64,000 bases of DNA from the human T2T-CHM13v2.0 reference genome, Homo sapiens, in the NCBI RefSeq assembly GCF_009914755.1, contig NC_060929.1. One strand, written 5' to 3'. Under the pieces are notes generated by a model. It was not told the DNA's origin and ran no database searches. It saw only the letters and a program-made list of their open reading frames with translations. Both the position numbers and the translations under genes were made by a program. This document shows positions 1 through 16,274 of the stretch, piece by piece. The first letter of the stretch is position 1; each line of letters starts with the position of its first letter.

Positions 1-678
1 GTAGGTGCCACAGAACTCAGATTCTAGCAGAAAAGATAAATGCAAAAAGGAAGTATTAGTGTCTATTATACTGAGACTGATCCTCAACATTCCAACTTGA
101 TAAACATTTAGCTCCACTCCCTTCTGTAACTCTGGTGTGTCAAAGCTCAAAACAGAGCCTGCCGTAAGCTGTGACTACAACCTACCAGTGCCTGGTTGTG
201 AAAACTACAATCAGAGCAGTCAAGGGCAACATTTCTTAAAACCTATTTAATTCTAACATTTTTGAATGGGTGCTTTTGTTCTGGGTGGAATAGTATCATT
301 TAGAAGGTGAAGAAGAATTTTATTTAATTTTTTTAAAAAGAACTTAGTGGAAGGGTCTTCTACAGTTTCAAAAATTCCCCACAAAAGTTTTATCTTGCGT
401 TTTTAATTAAATTATACACTATTCTTTTAAGATAAATATTATAGCTTATAAACTATTAAGCTATTTGATCACTGATACAAAATAAAAATAAAAATCGTAA
501 AAACCTCCAAAAAAACATAAACAAACTATGTATCATTTAACTGGATTAACTAAAGTTAAATGAGAACAAAAGAAAAGGTTTTTCATGGGTTAATTTGAGG
601 AGACAACATCAAATAATAATTGGCAAAATGTTATAATAGAAATATTGCAATGATTTATTGAGTGTGAAGGAACTGGTG

Positions 679-913
679 TTTTTGTTTTTTGTTTTTTTTA
701 ATTTATTTATATTTTATTGAGACAGAGTTTCAGCCTCCCGAGTAGCTGGGATTACAGGCATGCGCCACCTCGCTCGGCTAATTTTGTATTTTTAGTAGAG
801 ACGGGGTTTCTCCATGTTGGTCAAGCTGGTCTCAAACTCCCGATCTCAGGTGATCTGCCTGCCTCAGCCTCCCAAAGTGCTGGGATTACAGGCGTGAGCC
901 ACGGTGCCCGGCC
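679..913 (-). mobile_element. AluSp-like element with ~80-bp deletion in the right arm
   Basis: Reverse Alu with A-rich tail 679-718. The right arm jumps from GGAGGCTG directly to AAACTCTGTCTC. Sp-type features include GAGTTTC and GTTTCTCCATGTTGGTCA. Confidence 0.9.
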
Positions 914-1013
914 CACTATGTTAATTTTTAAAATGATAAGCAGAATAACATCATCATAGATTGCATTATCTCTCCTTAATTCTTCCTTCCCTTCCTTCTC
1001 TTGCCAACCTTCA

Positions 1014-1276
1014 GTATTAGTTTGCTATAGTGACTTAAACAAAATAAATTTATTTTCTCACAGCTTTAAAGGCTGGAAGTCTGAGATCAAGATGTTGCTG
1101 GGGTTGATTTCTCCTGAGGGCTGTGAGAAGAGAATCCAGGCCTCTCTCTTTGACTTGTAAATGGCCATCTCCTCCTTAAGACTTCTCATTGTCTTGCCTT
1201 TGTGTCTTTATGTCCAAATTTCTTCATTTTATAAGGACACCAGTCATGTTGGATTAGGGCCTACTTTGATAACCTC
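1014..1276 (-). mobile_element. MLT1 (MLT1A/B/C-like) LTR fragment
   Basis: Typical MaLR LTR text: TTCTCACAGC..GGCTGGAAGTCTGAGATCAAG..ATAAGGACACCAGTCAT..GGATTAGGGC. Truncated at the L1 poly(A). Confidence 0.8.
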
Positions 1277-3495
<2,219 letters not shown>

Positions 3496-3882
3496 AGGAA
3501 CTGGTCTCTTTAAAGGAGCATCAAAATTGCTTGCATACCATATGTCAATCTGTTATTTGAGTGACATCTGTCAATTGCCTATTTTCCTTTGATGACATTA
3601 GATTTAATCAATAACATGTATCTAGATATTATATATGGCAAAAATGTTCCAGAGTACAACTATTTATTGGGGAACCACTTTTATTTAAAGCAAAACATCA
3701 TGGGCAAATTTGACCTTTTTCAGCTTCAAAATATCTTAATACTGAAGTTCCTAGTGTCAGACCCAAATGAACCCACCATAGCTGACTTTACAGTGACATT
3801 ATTCTGTAAACGTTGTACTTAAAATCATAGGTTTCTCCTTCTTAGGTGCTGTTTCATAAACAAGGAGCAAAAAATTTAGTAC

Positions 3883-4317
3883 TGTATTAATTAGAACTCT
3901 TTTGAATGCACATGGTAGATAAACCAAGGAAACCCAGCTCTAATAAATGTTTTCTTTCCACCACTTCCATCTGGCTTCTGCTGTGTCAGCTTCAGTTTCA
4001 TCTCCACCTATAGTTAGGATGACTTCCACAGGCCCCACTTCACTATTTTCCTCTGTCTTAGAAGTCCTAACAGTCTCTTGACATCTGATTCTCTATGGTG
4101 GGATCACATGCCTATTTCTGAACCAATTCCTATGGTCCTAAGAGATTCAGAGTCTCATTGGTCAGGTCTGAATTACATGTCATCCTTGGAGCTGAGAATC
4201 GAGTCAGCTCTACTCAAATCACAGGAACTGGTTGTGAGAAGGGGAATAGCCCCCAAATAAAATGGAAGTGGGATAAATGGATTATGCAGAGTTCAAAAAG
4301 CAACAAATACCTGTTAT
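3883..4317 (+). mobile_element. Old MaLR LTR (MLT1J/K/L-like)
   Basis: Starts TGTATTAATTAGAACTCTTTT. Internal GATCACATGCCTATTTCTGAACCAAT and CTCATTGGTCAGGTCTG motifs typical of old MLT1. Confidence 0.6.
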
Positions 4318-4469
4318 GAGTAAGAACAACGCAGTCCTGTTCATCAAGGAACCTAGAAGTAATGCCAGTTCTACCACAGTTGTTCAGCCTTGGGAACGTC
4401 ACTGCTGGGCTTTTGAGATTTTTTTGGCTCACTCACTGTTTTAGCCTCCTAATCCATAGGAATCCCTTT

Positions 4470-5012
4470 CCAGTCTCTTCTGCACTGTTCCCAGGATAAG
4501 GTCCAAAATCCTGAATAGAGCCCTACATGAGCAGCCTTGGTTTACCTCTACAGCCTCATCTCAAAACTCACTCTGAGTGGCACTCTCAGCTCAAACCACC
4601 CAGGTCCTTTGTTAATTTCTTAAACAGGTCATGATCTTCCTGTAACAGGGCCTTTGCACACTCTCTACCTATTCCCTAGACAGCTCTCCTTTCTCCTATT
4701 TGCTCAGTGAAGCCCTGTTCAACCTTCAGATATTATTCAAGCATTATTTCCACAAAGAAGTTTTCCTAACACCACTCCTATTGGGGTCACACTCTCCTAT
4801 AATACTCTCTCATAAAGCATATCATTTAATAACATTCATCATAATTTTTATTTTATACATATTTTTGTGATAAGTTGATTAATGTTTTCATCCCCCACTA
4901 AAGTATAAGCTCCGTGAGGAATAGATCTATTTTTGCTTACCACTATATCCCTGTGCCTAGCACATAGTCAATACTGAATAAAGATCTATAGACTAAATGA
5001 AGGAATAAATAA
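4470..5012 (+). mobile_element. L2 3' end
   Basis: GGGCCTTTGCACA, TAAGCTCCGTGAGG, CCCTGTGCCTAGCACATAG and terminal AATGAAGGAATAAAT. Confidence 0.75.
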
Positions 5013-6994
5013 AGACACTTTATGACAATGAGTCTCTGAAGTAATCTCTTTCATCTCTGAAGTAATAGGGTTAAACCAAAAGATTTCGAACCGTCAATTC
5101 CAGCTCTAAAATTCTCTGATTCTAATTAAACTCTATAAATGCTTCATATTATTAAATGGTTAAATGTTTTTGAATAATACTTCTGAAGAAACCAGTAAAT
5201 AAATATGCTTATTTAGCCAGTGGATGTTATAAGTCAATAAATTAAGTTAGTGAAATATTGCCATCCAAATTATAACAACCAGTTCTCCATTTCCATTGAT
5301 TTAGAATTAAACAAATATCCTCTACCCTCATATAAGACCATATAAGGTAGTTTAAAATCACTGTACGAGTGGTGATTAACAAAATGAACTTTTCTGGAGG
5401 ACTAAGGCCAGGGCTAGCAATATTATGAGGTAAATAAACTTTGTCATCCACACATTTCCTTTTGTTTTCCATTTCTCTTATTTGGGGGCCATGCACACCC
5501 CACTATCTGAGATAAAATGCTCAGTGTCTTCTTTCTCCCCACTGGTTATCCCTATATTAGATCCCCCACACCCACATAAGACCTGCATAATACCCCAACA
5601 CATACACTGTGATTCACTGTCTTCTAATTCTCCATTAAAACTTACCTGCACTTGCCTCTATTTCTTCAGAGCCCTGATCTTTACTGGGTGTCAATGGTTG
5701 TAATGGGTTATTAACAAGAAAACTCATCCATTCTAATATGTTACGTAGTTAATTAATGCTACCTCCCTCAAGATAATAGGGCATATGTCCGCTTAAAGGC
5801 TTTTAAGAAATGATAGTAATGGTGGAAATTTCAGGCACCACTGCAGACTGATGAGGGAGATGGATTTTAAAGCATGGGGGCCTCTCATTGATTCTCAAGT
5901 TATTCCATGCAGGCAGCTGCCGACTCTGCCCATGAGTAAGCCAGTCTCTCTCTGGAGAACTTTATAAACAGCATGAATTTCACTGTTTGACATGGGTAAA
6001 GCATAGTTCTCCCAGCAAATAACCTCTTTTAAGGTATCATCTGTTTATGAAGCTGTGGTTTAGATGTCCTCAAGACTAGGATGATACTTCCAGCTTCAAG
6101 ATTGAACAGGTCAGTCTGCCCTGGGAAACAGATGAATTTGAAAGTATCTTTAAGTAGCTAGCTGATTTACTTATCATTTTCATTTTGGATTCCTATTCAA
6201 GCTATATACTGCTAGAAACGAAAGAGAAAGCTGAAATCTCATTGTGTGCCCTGCTCTCCCAGAACATAATTTTTCCCTCCATCTGTGAATATCCTGTTGA
6301 TATCAGGGGGAGTCACCACGTGCAGAGAGGGGAGACACATGCCAGGAGAGAGAAGCCCATTATGTAGTTGAGAGCTAATTTTGCTTAATCTTCTTGATCT
6401 CCATAAAGAGCATTCTAAGACCCCACAGGATTTAAACAAAAAAGATAAAGATGAAGAAGGACTGCTCAAGCAGAGCCAGTGTAATACTTATTTATTAATG
6501 TCGTCCATCACAGTGTGTTTACGCAGCTAACCAAAATTTAAAACTGTCTGATTGAGAACAGAGGAGGAAAACAGATTGCTGTATCAAGGCAAAAACACTC
6601 ACTCCATCGCTATTTACTTATATTTGGAAAATGAAAAGAAATAATATGAGTGCCACATTAAAGACCTCCGTTTCCATTTAAAATGAAAATAATGATATGT
6701 AAAAACATAAATCTGTGACCCTAGGTTTATCTTTAAATAGAAAACTCCTCTTGATAGAGAAACTCTCCACACTTAATACGGAATTAATATTAAAGGAGGC
6801 TTATCCTTCATTTTCTCCAATTTCTTCTCGGGAGGAAGGAGCTGGAACAGGAGATCTCAAAATGGCAGCAGGAGAAGGAAAGCTCACAGCTTAATGAGAC
6901 CAACTTGGAGAGTAGACTTATTGTATCAGTAATTCAGCTTTGTAAAATACCGTAAAGGCCTCCCATTCAAGCAAAAGGTAGTGCATTTTGCGGT

Positions 6995-7250
6995 TGAACT
7001 CTTCCAGTGACAAGAAACTCATCACCCCTCAGGCAGCCTACTCTAGTTCTGGATAGCTTAGCACATTAGAAATTTCTCCCTTGTAATATTCTGAAATCTG
7101 TGCCCTTGTAATTTTCCTTTATTGCTCCTACTCTGCCCCATGGAGCCAACCACAGAGAATGAATCAAATGTGTTTTGCACAGTATGGGCCCTCAAATATC
7201 AGAAGATAGTTTTCTCTGGGCACTACCACCTTTTCTTTCTCAGTGCTTTA
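6995..7250. mobile_element. L3/CR1-like LINE fragment
   Basis: CCAGTGACAAGAAACTCATCACCCCTCAGGCAGCC..TTAGAAATTTCTCCC resembles the L3 consensus as recalled. Confidence 0.5.
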
Positions 7251-7506
7251 ATCTGCAGCTTTATAGCTATGAGACCATCGCTGAAAATTTTCCTAACTTC
7301 CTGAAGCCTTCTTCCTTCCAGAGACTTATATCATGAAGCCAGACTTACCTTTTTACTAAATTTTGAAATCTGCTCTCTCTTACATGGTCTGCTGGTTTAC
7401 ACGTAAGATTATCTACTTAGGCTAACAATTTTGGATGTTATAAAATGAATAGGCACCTGTCTGGAGAGGAGAAAAATTAGGTCCTTATGTATCTTCGAAT
7501 CCTCTA

Positions 7507-8004
7507 CAGTGGTCCCCAACCTTTTTGGCACCAGGGACCAGTTTCATGGAAGACAATTTTTCTATGGACTGGGGGATGGTGGTGGGGTAGAGGGGACAGT
7601 TTCAGGATGATTCAATTGCTTTACATTTATTGTACACTTTTTTCTATTATTATTATTACTACATTGTAATATATAATGAAATAATTATACAACTCACCAT
7701 AATGTAGAATCTGTGAGAGCCCTGAGCTTGTTTTCCTGCAACTAAGTGGTGGCAGATCATCAGGCATTAGATTCTCATAAGGAGCACACAACCTAGATCC
7801 CTTGCATTCACAATTCACATTAGGGTTCATGCTCCTGTGAGAATCTAATGCCACTGCTGAGCTGACAGGAGACAGAGGTCAGGCAGTAATGTAATTGATG
7901 GCGAGCAGCTGTAAATACAGATGTAGCTTTGCTCATTCACCTCCTGCTGTGTAGCCCAGTTCCTAACAGGCCATCAACCTGGGCCCAGGGATTGGAGACC
8001 CCTG
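7507..8004 (+). mobile_element. MER1A (hAT-Charlie)
   Basis: Termini CAGTGGTCCCCAACCTTTTTGGCACCAGGGACC ... GGGATTGGAGACCCCTG, with typical MER1 body. Confidence 0.9.
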
Positions 8005-9089
8005 CCCTATAACACCTGCACCTACTAGCTTTCTTACAAACAAGTGCTTTAAAATGCACTGAGTGAATAAATGAAATAACGAAGAGTCCTTATATTCTAA
8101 TGTTTGCATAAGGCTTGACATCTTATAACTTTAATTCATTATTTATCACAATAAATTTAAGAGATCAGTGAAAGAGGTATTATTATCCTTATCCTATAAA
8201 TGAAAATATTACAACCCAGAAATAAGTGCATTTTGAAGAAAATGTTTTTACTGGGATAAAAACAACTTTGGACTTACTCTATATTACTGCAGCATACCTT
8301 TATAGGCTCTGAAAAAAACAAGATTTCCATAAAATATATTTGTATTATAAAGTCAAAGTTAATTTATATTTTAGTACACTTCTTGGTTAGAAGGGAAATA
8401 CCTAAAAGTATTTTTCCTGATGTAATGAAAAAGCCCCAATAACAAACTATGCCTGCATTAAGGAGGCCATTAAAAAAAAAATCTCAATTTTTTTAACAAT
8501 TAACACTACATTTATAATAAGAAAACACCTCCTTTTTAGATGAGATGTAAGGAGGAATACAAATACAATCTTATTAATCTATTAAATAAACATTTATTGA
8601 GAATCTATTGTGTCCAGAATAGCTTAGCATAATAAAGAAAGTCACAAAGAACAAGATGGGGCCCAACCCCAAACAGAAGGATAGCCTAATAGGTATGTGA
8701 AATAAAGAGAGAATAAAAACAAATGTATGCTAGTGGGATAAATTTATAAAGAGTGAAGACTTTCCATGGAAAACCTTAAAAGAATTGTGTTGGAGGATGG
8801 AGATAAAGTACATTCCAGGTAATTTATATGAACTGCTCGGCCTTAGATAAACCGTATAAGGGGATCCAGTATGTCTTGTGCTCCCTTCATTTCCCCTCTC
8901 TCATCTCTTTCAGACAACCTTGATCAGACCTAACTTCTTGCTGCCCAAGGTCCATTGGTGGAAGACAATGAAGGAAGAAAAACTTATTTCAAAGTAGCAG
9001 AGACTTCTTTTATTACTGCTTCCAGCAAATTTAGAAACTTGCGGATTTATGAACCTAATTACTGTGACAAAGGATTCCTATCTCATTAG

Positions 9090-9209
9090 CAACCTGCAGA
9101 GTCCACTGGGAGCTTTTCTGGGTGCCCGGGACTTCCTGCCGCCCGTCCTCCCGATCCGCCCGATGCCCATGCTCCTCCTCCAGTTCTGTGCGTGAGCTGC
9201 CTGTCTGGC
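9090..9209. promoter_or_regulatory. Small GC/CpG-rich patch with ETS core and GC boxes
   Basis: GGACTTCCTG (ETS-like) at ~9129-9138, two CCGCCC boxes at ~9139-9161, and retained CpGs in otherwise CpG-depleted DNA. Function is inferred only. Confidence 0.4.
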
Positions 9210-9466
9210 AATGCGCCCCACTCTGCCACTGCTCCACTCTGCCTCTGCTCAATGCGCCCCGCTCTGCTACTGCTCAATGCACCCCGCTCTGCTACTGCTC
9301 AATGCGCCCCACTCTGCCACTGCTCAACGCGCCCCACTCTGCGTCTGCTCAGTGTGCCCCACTCTGCCACTGCTCAACGCGCCTCACTCTGCCATTGCTC
9401 CACTCTGCCTCTGCTCAATGCGCCCCACTCTGCCACTGCTCAGTGCGCCCCAGTCTGCCTCTGCTC
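9210..9466. repeat. 25-bp GC-rich minisatellite (VNTR)
   Basis: Nine units of AATGCGCCCCACTCTGCCACTGCTC (with variants) plus two 16-bp partial units CACTCTGCCTCTGCTC at 9235-9250 and 9401-9416. Confidence 0.97.
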
Positions 9467-10099
9467 TCCCTTGTACATCCCACTGACACAGGGAGAAAAC
9501 CCCCTTCCAGCTGTGCTCAGGCACAAAGAAACCCTTCATAGGCGACATCCATCCATCCAATCACTCCCTCAGTTAAATGGCCCCAGTAAGGGAGATCTTC
9601 GTAAGGGCCACCTACTCATCCTATCACTTACTGAACTACTTTTCAACCTTCACTTCTTGTCCGATGATCTCAAATCCTTTACCTTTTAGTCAATGTGTGT
9701 GCTTTACAATTCTTAAATTCTATTTGGTGTTTTTCTATATCTCAGTGAAATTTTTCTGAGTCTAATTTGAAATTCAAACCTGGACCCAGTGTTCTCTCAA
9801 AATCCCTACTAGTACTATGTATTCATGATGAATTTTTTTTCATTCCTACAAATAAAAGGATTTCCATAAACTTCCCCACAGTCTACAAATATTTCATGAG
9901 TGATGCATGCCAAAATGAGACTCTCACTCTGGTAAATACTGACTTGGCATACATGCCATCAAAGCATTTGCAGATTGATCTCTGTTAGATACTCACGGCC
10001 TGGTGGACTGATAACTGCAGCTGTAGGGAAGAGGGGAGGGAATGTTAGGCTTACTCCCAGCTCCCCTGCATACACTCAGTGTTCCTGAATGAGCTAGCA

Positions 10100-12445
10100 A
10101 ACCTCATATGACAATTTGTGGTAACAAAATTGTGATCTTGACACAGCTCCTAGAACAACAGAGTACTGAATAACAACAAAAATTGCAGTGAGTGCCATCA
10201 CCGTGAAATGATGATTCATTTGGCAACTGCCATACAATATAACAAAAATATACCCAGATGAAATGAAAGTTACTTCAAATTTATAAAATACAAAAAATCT
10301 TTAACTACCTATTCAAACCCCAACATCATATAGTTCTAGGATAGATTATATGATGTACAATGCTCTTCTCAAAGATGGTTTAAAACTTAGGATGTCATGA
10401 TTCCCTATATTTCAGGAGCTTGCTTTTCCATTCTCAGCTTGACTCTGCTTAAACTGAAAAGGATGGGCTGCAGACCTTGACATATTCTGTGAAACCCTGA
10501 AGTAGTTGCATCCCCATCTGCTGTTTTTTTGAGCAGCATATCACAGACAGATCTGATGTCCACAGTCACCCCTCCCATTCATGTGCTCCATTTGTCAGCT
10601 TTCTCCAATGGCTCACATTTTGCTTCTAGCTTGTCTTAGTCTGTTTTCTGTTGCTATAACAGAATACCACAGGCTACGTAATTTATGAAGAAAAGAGACT
10701 TACCTGGCTCACAGTTGTACAGGCTGGGAAGTCTAAGATTGAGGGGCCTCATCTGGTAAGTGTCTTCTTGCCACGTCATAACATGGCAGAAGGGTAAGTA
10801 AGCACCAAGACCAGAGAGAAAGGGGCTAATCTTTCAAGATAATGCACCCACTCCTGTATTGATAGCATTGATCCACTCATGAAAACAGAGTCCTCATGAC
10901 CTAATCACCTCTTAAAGGTCCCAACTCTCAACACTGTTAAAATGGCAATTAAGTTTCAACATGAGTTTTGGAGGAGACATACAGACCATAGGATAGCCTT
11001 TCACCTGTCAGTCCCTGATTACAGAGATTCCCATTCTGTCCCACGAAACTTCTGTGGACCTCTGGGCCCTATTTTCCTTTAGGTATCATCTTTTCAATGA
11101 GTCTCTATACCCTACATCAGAGTTTATAATTTCCAGAGCACCCACTTACTCTAGAGGAATATTTTTAAAGATCTGAAGAGTTTGTGTCTGTTTCTACTCA
11201 ACCTTATAGTAGTCTATCAATTTATTAGGTCCTGGGTAAAAAAAAAAAAATTAGAAACCAATGCACAATGCTAATAACTGTGAGATAACTTAATAGATAT
11301 AAATGTTTCACAAAGGTGTTGCATAAGAAGAGGCCCATTAAGTAGATGTGTGAATCTGGAAGAACAGAAAGGGTAATTCTGTTTAATAAGATGTTTCCAG
11401 CATTATCTTACTAATTTGCTAAGGAGCAGGTACAGGCCATACAGCACTTATAAAGTAATTAGAAATCCTTGATAATTGTTTTTTTAATTAACAACAAAAT
11501 TTGAAGGAAAAAAAACCTGATATCCATTCCCACTTCTCTTCTGGATTAATTGTATTAGATTCAGGAAAAGCAGTTTATGCACAAGAGATTTTTTCATTCC
11601 AAATTACAGGGTGAAGAGGAGACTATTGGATACTCATGTGATTTATGAAAGCAGAGGGTCCGCTTATTTCTACTCCTTTTAATGTTACAAGAAAACCTGC
11701 TGATCATTTCTGACAAACTTTTGGTCTCTTATTAGGGGAGAGAAGATCTCACTGTAAACACTTACTTTCCCCTTAGCCCTTAATATCATGTTCCATCCTC
11801 AATTATTGAAGGTTACTGAGTCACATAAGTCCAACAAAGAGAATTTTGATCATCAGCAGTGATGACAAGGCCATCAGCATAAATATAATGAGCCCTGCAT
11901 GGTCTACAGAAAGCAAATAAGAATATTACTGTGATAAATCTAGGCGCTTCATACTGTAAGCGAATGACTGATCACTCAGCTAGAATTGCCTCCCCATGGA
12001 TTTAGGCTTCTATTTTATTTCATGTCAAGCATTATGCCTACTTCTATGTTCCTCTAAGTCAAGATCAAATATCCCTTCCAGTGAAAGAAAAAGTGATGAT
12101 AGGTGTTCCTGCCAAAATTGAGTCCATCCTTTTCATTAGAATCTTACCAAATTTTAAAGCTTACAATTTAAAATTCCAGTCATCTCCTGAAAATCAGTTT
12201 TCTCTAAGAATTTCACCTGCTGCTTGGCTTGAGGTGCATCTGTGTAAGTTTTTATCTTCTGTATTCTAGAATAAAAAAGAATGCCATTTTTATTTTATTC
12301 CCTTCTACGCCTAGGAATTGAGATTGTGTTCTGAGGTGGAATGAAGGATACAGGAAAGACCCTGATCTGTTGCATACATTAAAAAGGCAATTTGGGGAAG
12401 TGTAAAATGTCCAAATTGTGTCATTTCTGGCCTCTTTTATGGCCA
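10100..12445 (-). pseudogene. Relic of a class I (WSXWS) cytokine receptor
   Basis: Exon from 12445 (acceptor ccatctccttcag; ..SFLYPSFHL). Exon from 12265 (RCTSSQAAGEILREN*FSG). Exon from 11231 (acceptor T14-acccag; LQIFKNIP..NSDVGYRD..R*). WSXWS exon split by an MST LTR (QGLTGERLEAKCEPLEKADKWST*, motif at 10579-10590). TM-like ~10145-10215 and Box1-like VKITILLPQI. Confidence 0.55.
10632..10993 (-). mobile_element. MST (MSTB/D-like) solo LTR
   Basis: TGTCTTAGTCTGTTTTCTGTTGCTATAACAGAATACC ... GACCATAGGA, with a degenerate ~5-bp target duplication (TAGC core on both sides). Confidence 0.88.
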
Positions 12446-12513
12446 CTGAAGGAGATGGAAGACATTGTCACACCGAAAACCAGTCATTCAAAAATTAAAA
12501 ATAAACGTTTAGC

Positions 12514-13890
<1,377 letters not shown>

Positions 13891-14247
13891 CTTACAACCA
13901 AGTTGGAAGAGAGAATTCTTCAAGCTTCCTAAAAGTAATCTTCCAGGTAAATATGAGGTTTCTACTGGTACTCAACCTAAAAGAGAAAATATAATACTTC
14001 AGGGATTAGGGTCTAATTACATCTATCTTTCTGCAGGTTTTTATTTTTAAAAACCTCATCTTTATGATTAAATGTAGATATCATCCCCTATGACGAGGAT
14101 GGACTTTTTTAAGTGTTCAAACCAACTAACAATCAGCTAACTAATTTAACAATCTAACTAACTAAATGATAGAGATTGAAAAATCACAAGACAGCTTACC
14201 TGTTTTCACCAATGTGCCTAGACCCAGGGGATTTGAATAACTGCCTC

Positions 14248-14480
14248 ACATTCATTTATTCATTCAACAGGTATTCAATAAGTATGAAGAACTGTACTAA
14301 GTGTTTTCGGGCATAGAAATCAAATCAGATTCAGACACTGCCCTCATGGACTTTATAGTCTTGTAGATAAGATAAGAAACATATATGATAAATGTCCACA
14401 GGAAAGGAGACTACACAGTACTAATTGAGTCTAGTGGGAAAAAAAGATGACATTCTTATCAGGGGACCTGGGATATATAC
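14248..14480 (-). mobile_element. L2 3' end fragment
   Basis: CATTCATTTATTCATTCAACAGGTATTC..CACTGCCCTCATGGACTTTATAGTCT. Confidence 0.65.
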
Positions 14481-15094
14481 TGACATAACCATTCTGGTTG
14501 TTTAAGTTTTGAAATACTTCCCAAGCAGTTGATAAAAAGAAATTCTCCAAGCCACCTTATGGTGTCCCCAAGTCACTTATTTAGGCCCCCAGGTCATCTT
14601 GTGGTGCCCCAACATGAGCCACAGCAGCAGGTGAACAAGTCCAGGAGCATTTCTGGTGAAAATAAGGATGGTCCAAATAGCTGCAGAGTAGACTGAGACA
14701 GCTGCTTGGGCAGTGGAGACGACGCAGGTTGGAAAGGTGAAGTACCCGTACACTGCTCAGGAACAGCCCAGTGTCCATAGGCCTGCAGAGCAGTGGCATT
14801 GGTATCAACATTGTCAGCAGGAGCCTGGCAATGGGCTGTCTAGATTGGTTCATCTGAGAAATGCTGGTGTTCTGATGCATCCCCAGTCAAAGCATAGACA
14901 GCACACACAGTCACCTCTAGCTGCAACAAAACACCAAGCTCCAGGGGACCTGGTGACTCTTTCATTCTATTCCCTATGGAAACACATTGACATGACTGTA
15001 ATACAGCATTATTCTCTTGATTTTTACTAAGGGTCAGCATAAGAAATGACAGTATGAATACATTTTCCATATCTTCTTTAAAGGCCACTATTAA

Positions 15095-15246
15095 AGAGAA
15101 ATTGATTGAAAATGAAAGTGAAGTGTCTTGAAGAAGATGGCCTATAAGCCTGACAGTGTGAACAAAAAAAATAAGGCTAAAAAATATAATCAGAAAAAGC
15201 TGGCCTCTGTGAGGTTAAAATAATTCTTTGGCCCCTCACTATAAAA
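15095..15246 (+). repeat. Copy 1 of a 152-bp dispersed direct duplication (copy 2 at 16275-16426)
   Basis: Ungapped alignment at offset 1180 with 7 mismatches in 152 bp by manual count. Confidence 0.97.
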
Positions 15247-16274
15247 ATACTTTCAATATTTTCTTTTATTTTAGTAATTCATGGTTAGGTTCTTGTTTAT
15301 TTCCAGGAACATTTTCTTCTTACCAACTGGTATATATCCTTTTATTAGAAAATGAATACTACATGACTCATGGAATTTCTTTATTGGCCTTTGTGACCCC
15401 CACAGGAACTAAATTTAATGTGCAACTGTAGAAAATATCCCTAGCTTAGATTTCAGATCTAATGATCTCCTCTGTTCCTACATATGGCCCTTAATATTTT
15501 AGCCTTATGTTAACATCTTATTGTATATGTGTAACCCATATCAAATTCTCCCAAAATAGGAGACTTACATCAAGTAACAGGTATATTTATGGATATGTTT
15601 TATAAAATATATAATCTTTTGAAATTTTAGACAGAAATTTCAAGAAAGTATTAAATAGACGAAGTGTTCATCTAAACTCTGTGTCCTTTGTGGGTAGCGT
15701 CATAATACTCCACCCTTTCTTGAGTGCTTACAACAATTCTTAGCTCGTATTTGTTGAATAACAAAATGAATACTGCATTAAGAAAGTATTATCGTATTAT
15801 TCTCAAGATCATAATGGAGGTCAAACACCACCATAATGATGTCAAAATCCCTTCATTTTCTGAACTAAATGTGTAACAAACTTGCTGAAAGTATATTAAT
15901 CATCATTTGTGACCAGGAAATGTTTTTTAATTATTTGGATATTTTGTGGTATTCGATATAGCAGGGATTTTAGCTGGAATGCAACTTAAAGAAAATCCTG
16001 TCTGCAACCGTAATGCAAAACTTTCCACTTAGCAGAACACCCAGTATATCTGCCTCTCAAGGAGTCCATTCATTTTCAGTTTCCAGCGTTGAGGTCCCCC
16101 TCTGGAACTATAGCAAATTAAGAGGTGTGTGATTCTTGAAGCTTTGTCTCTTTTACATTAATAAAGACTAATCATGTTTAAACATGTTAGCACGGCAAGT
16201 CCGGGGATGTGGGATAGGATGCCAGTTCTAAAGTGAAATTAGTAGTGTGAAGAAAGCTATGTGAAAAGTCGTGG

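Noticed and set aside
717-959. 80-aa ORF, and similar ORFs at 21712, 23307-23807, 48999 and 49371
   Set aside because: Alu-derived translations.
9210-9466. CRISPR-like array
   Set aside because: Units are head-to-tail with no unique spacers, there are no cas genes, and the context is primate DNA.
9122-9689. Overlapping 91-165 aa ORFs
   Set aside because: Open only because the 25-bp VNTR lacks stop codons; the products are repetitive translations.
14560-15090. Chemoattractant GPCR pseudogene reading (FLMLTLS, LDS..YQCH, AGLWTLG, YFTF)
   Set aside because: It needs many frameshifts. The same DNA reads almost in one frame as a gp130-like Box1/Box2/tail directly after a TM exon, which fits the surrounding exon order far better.
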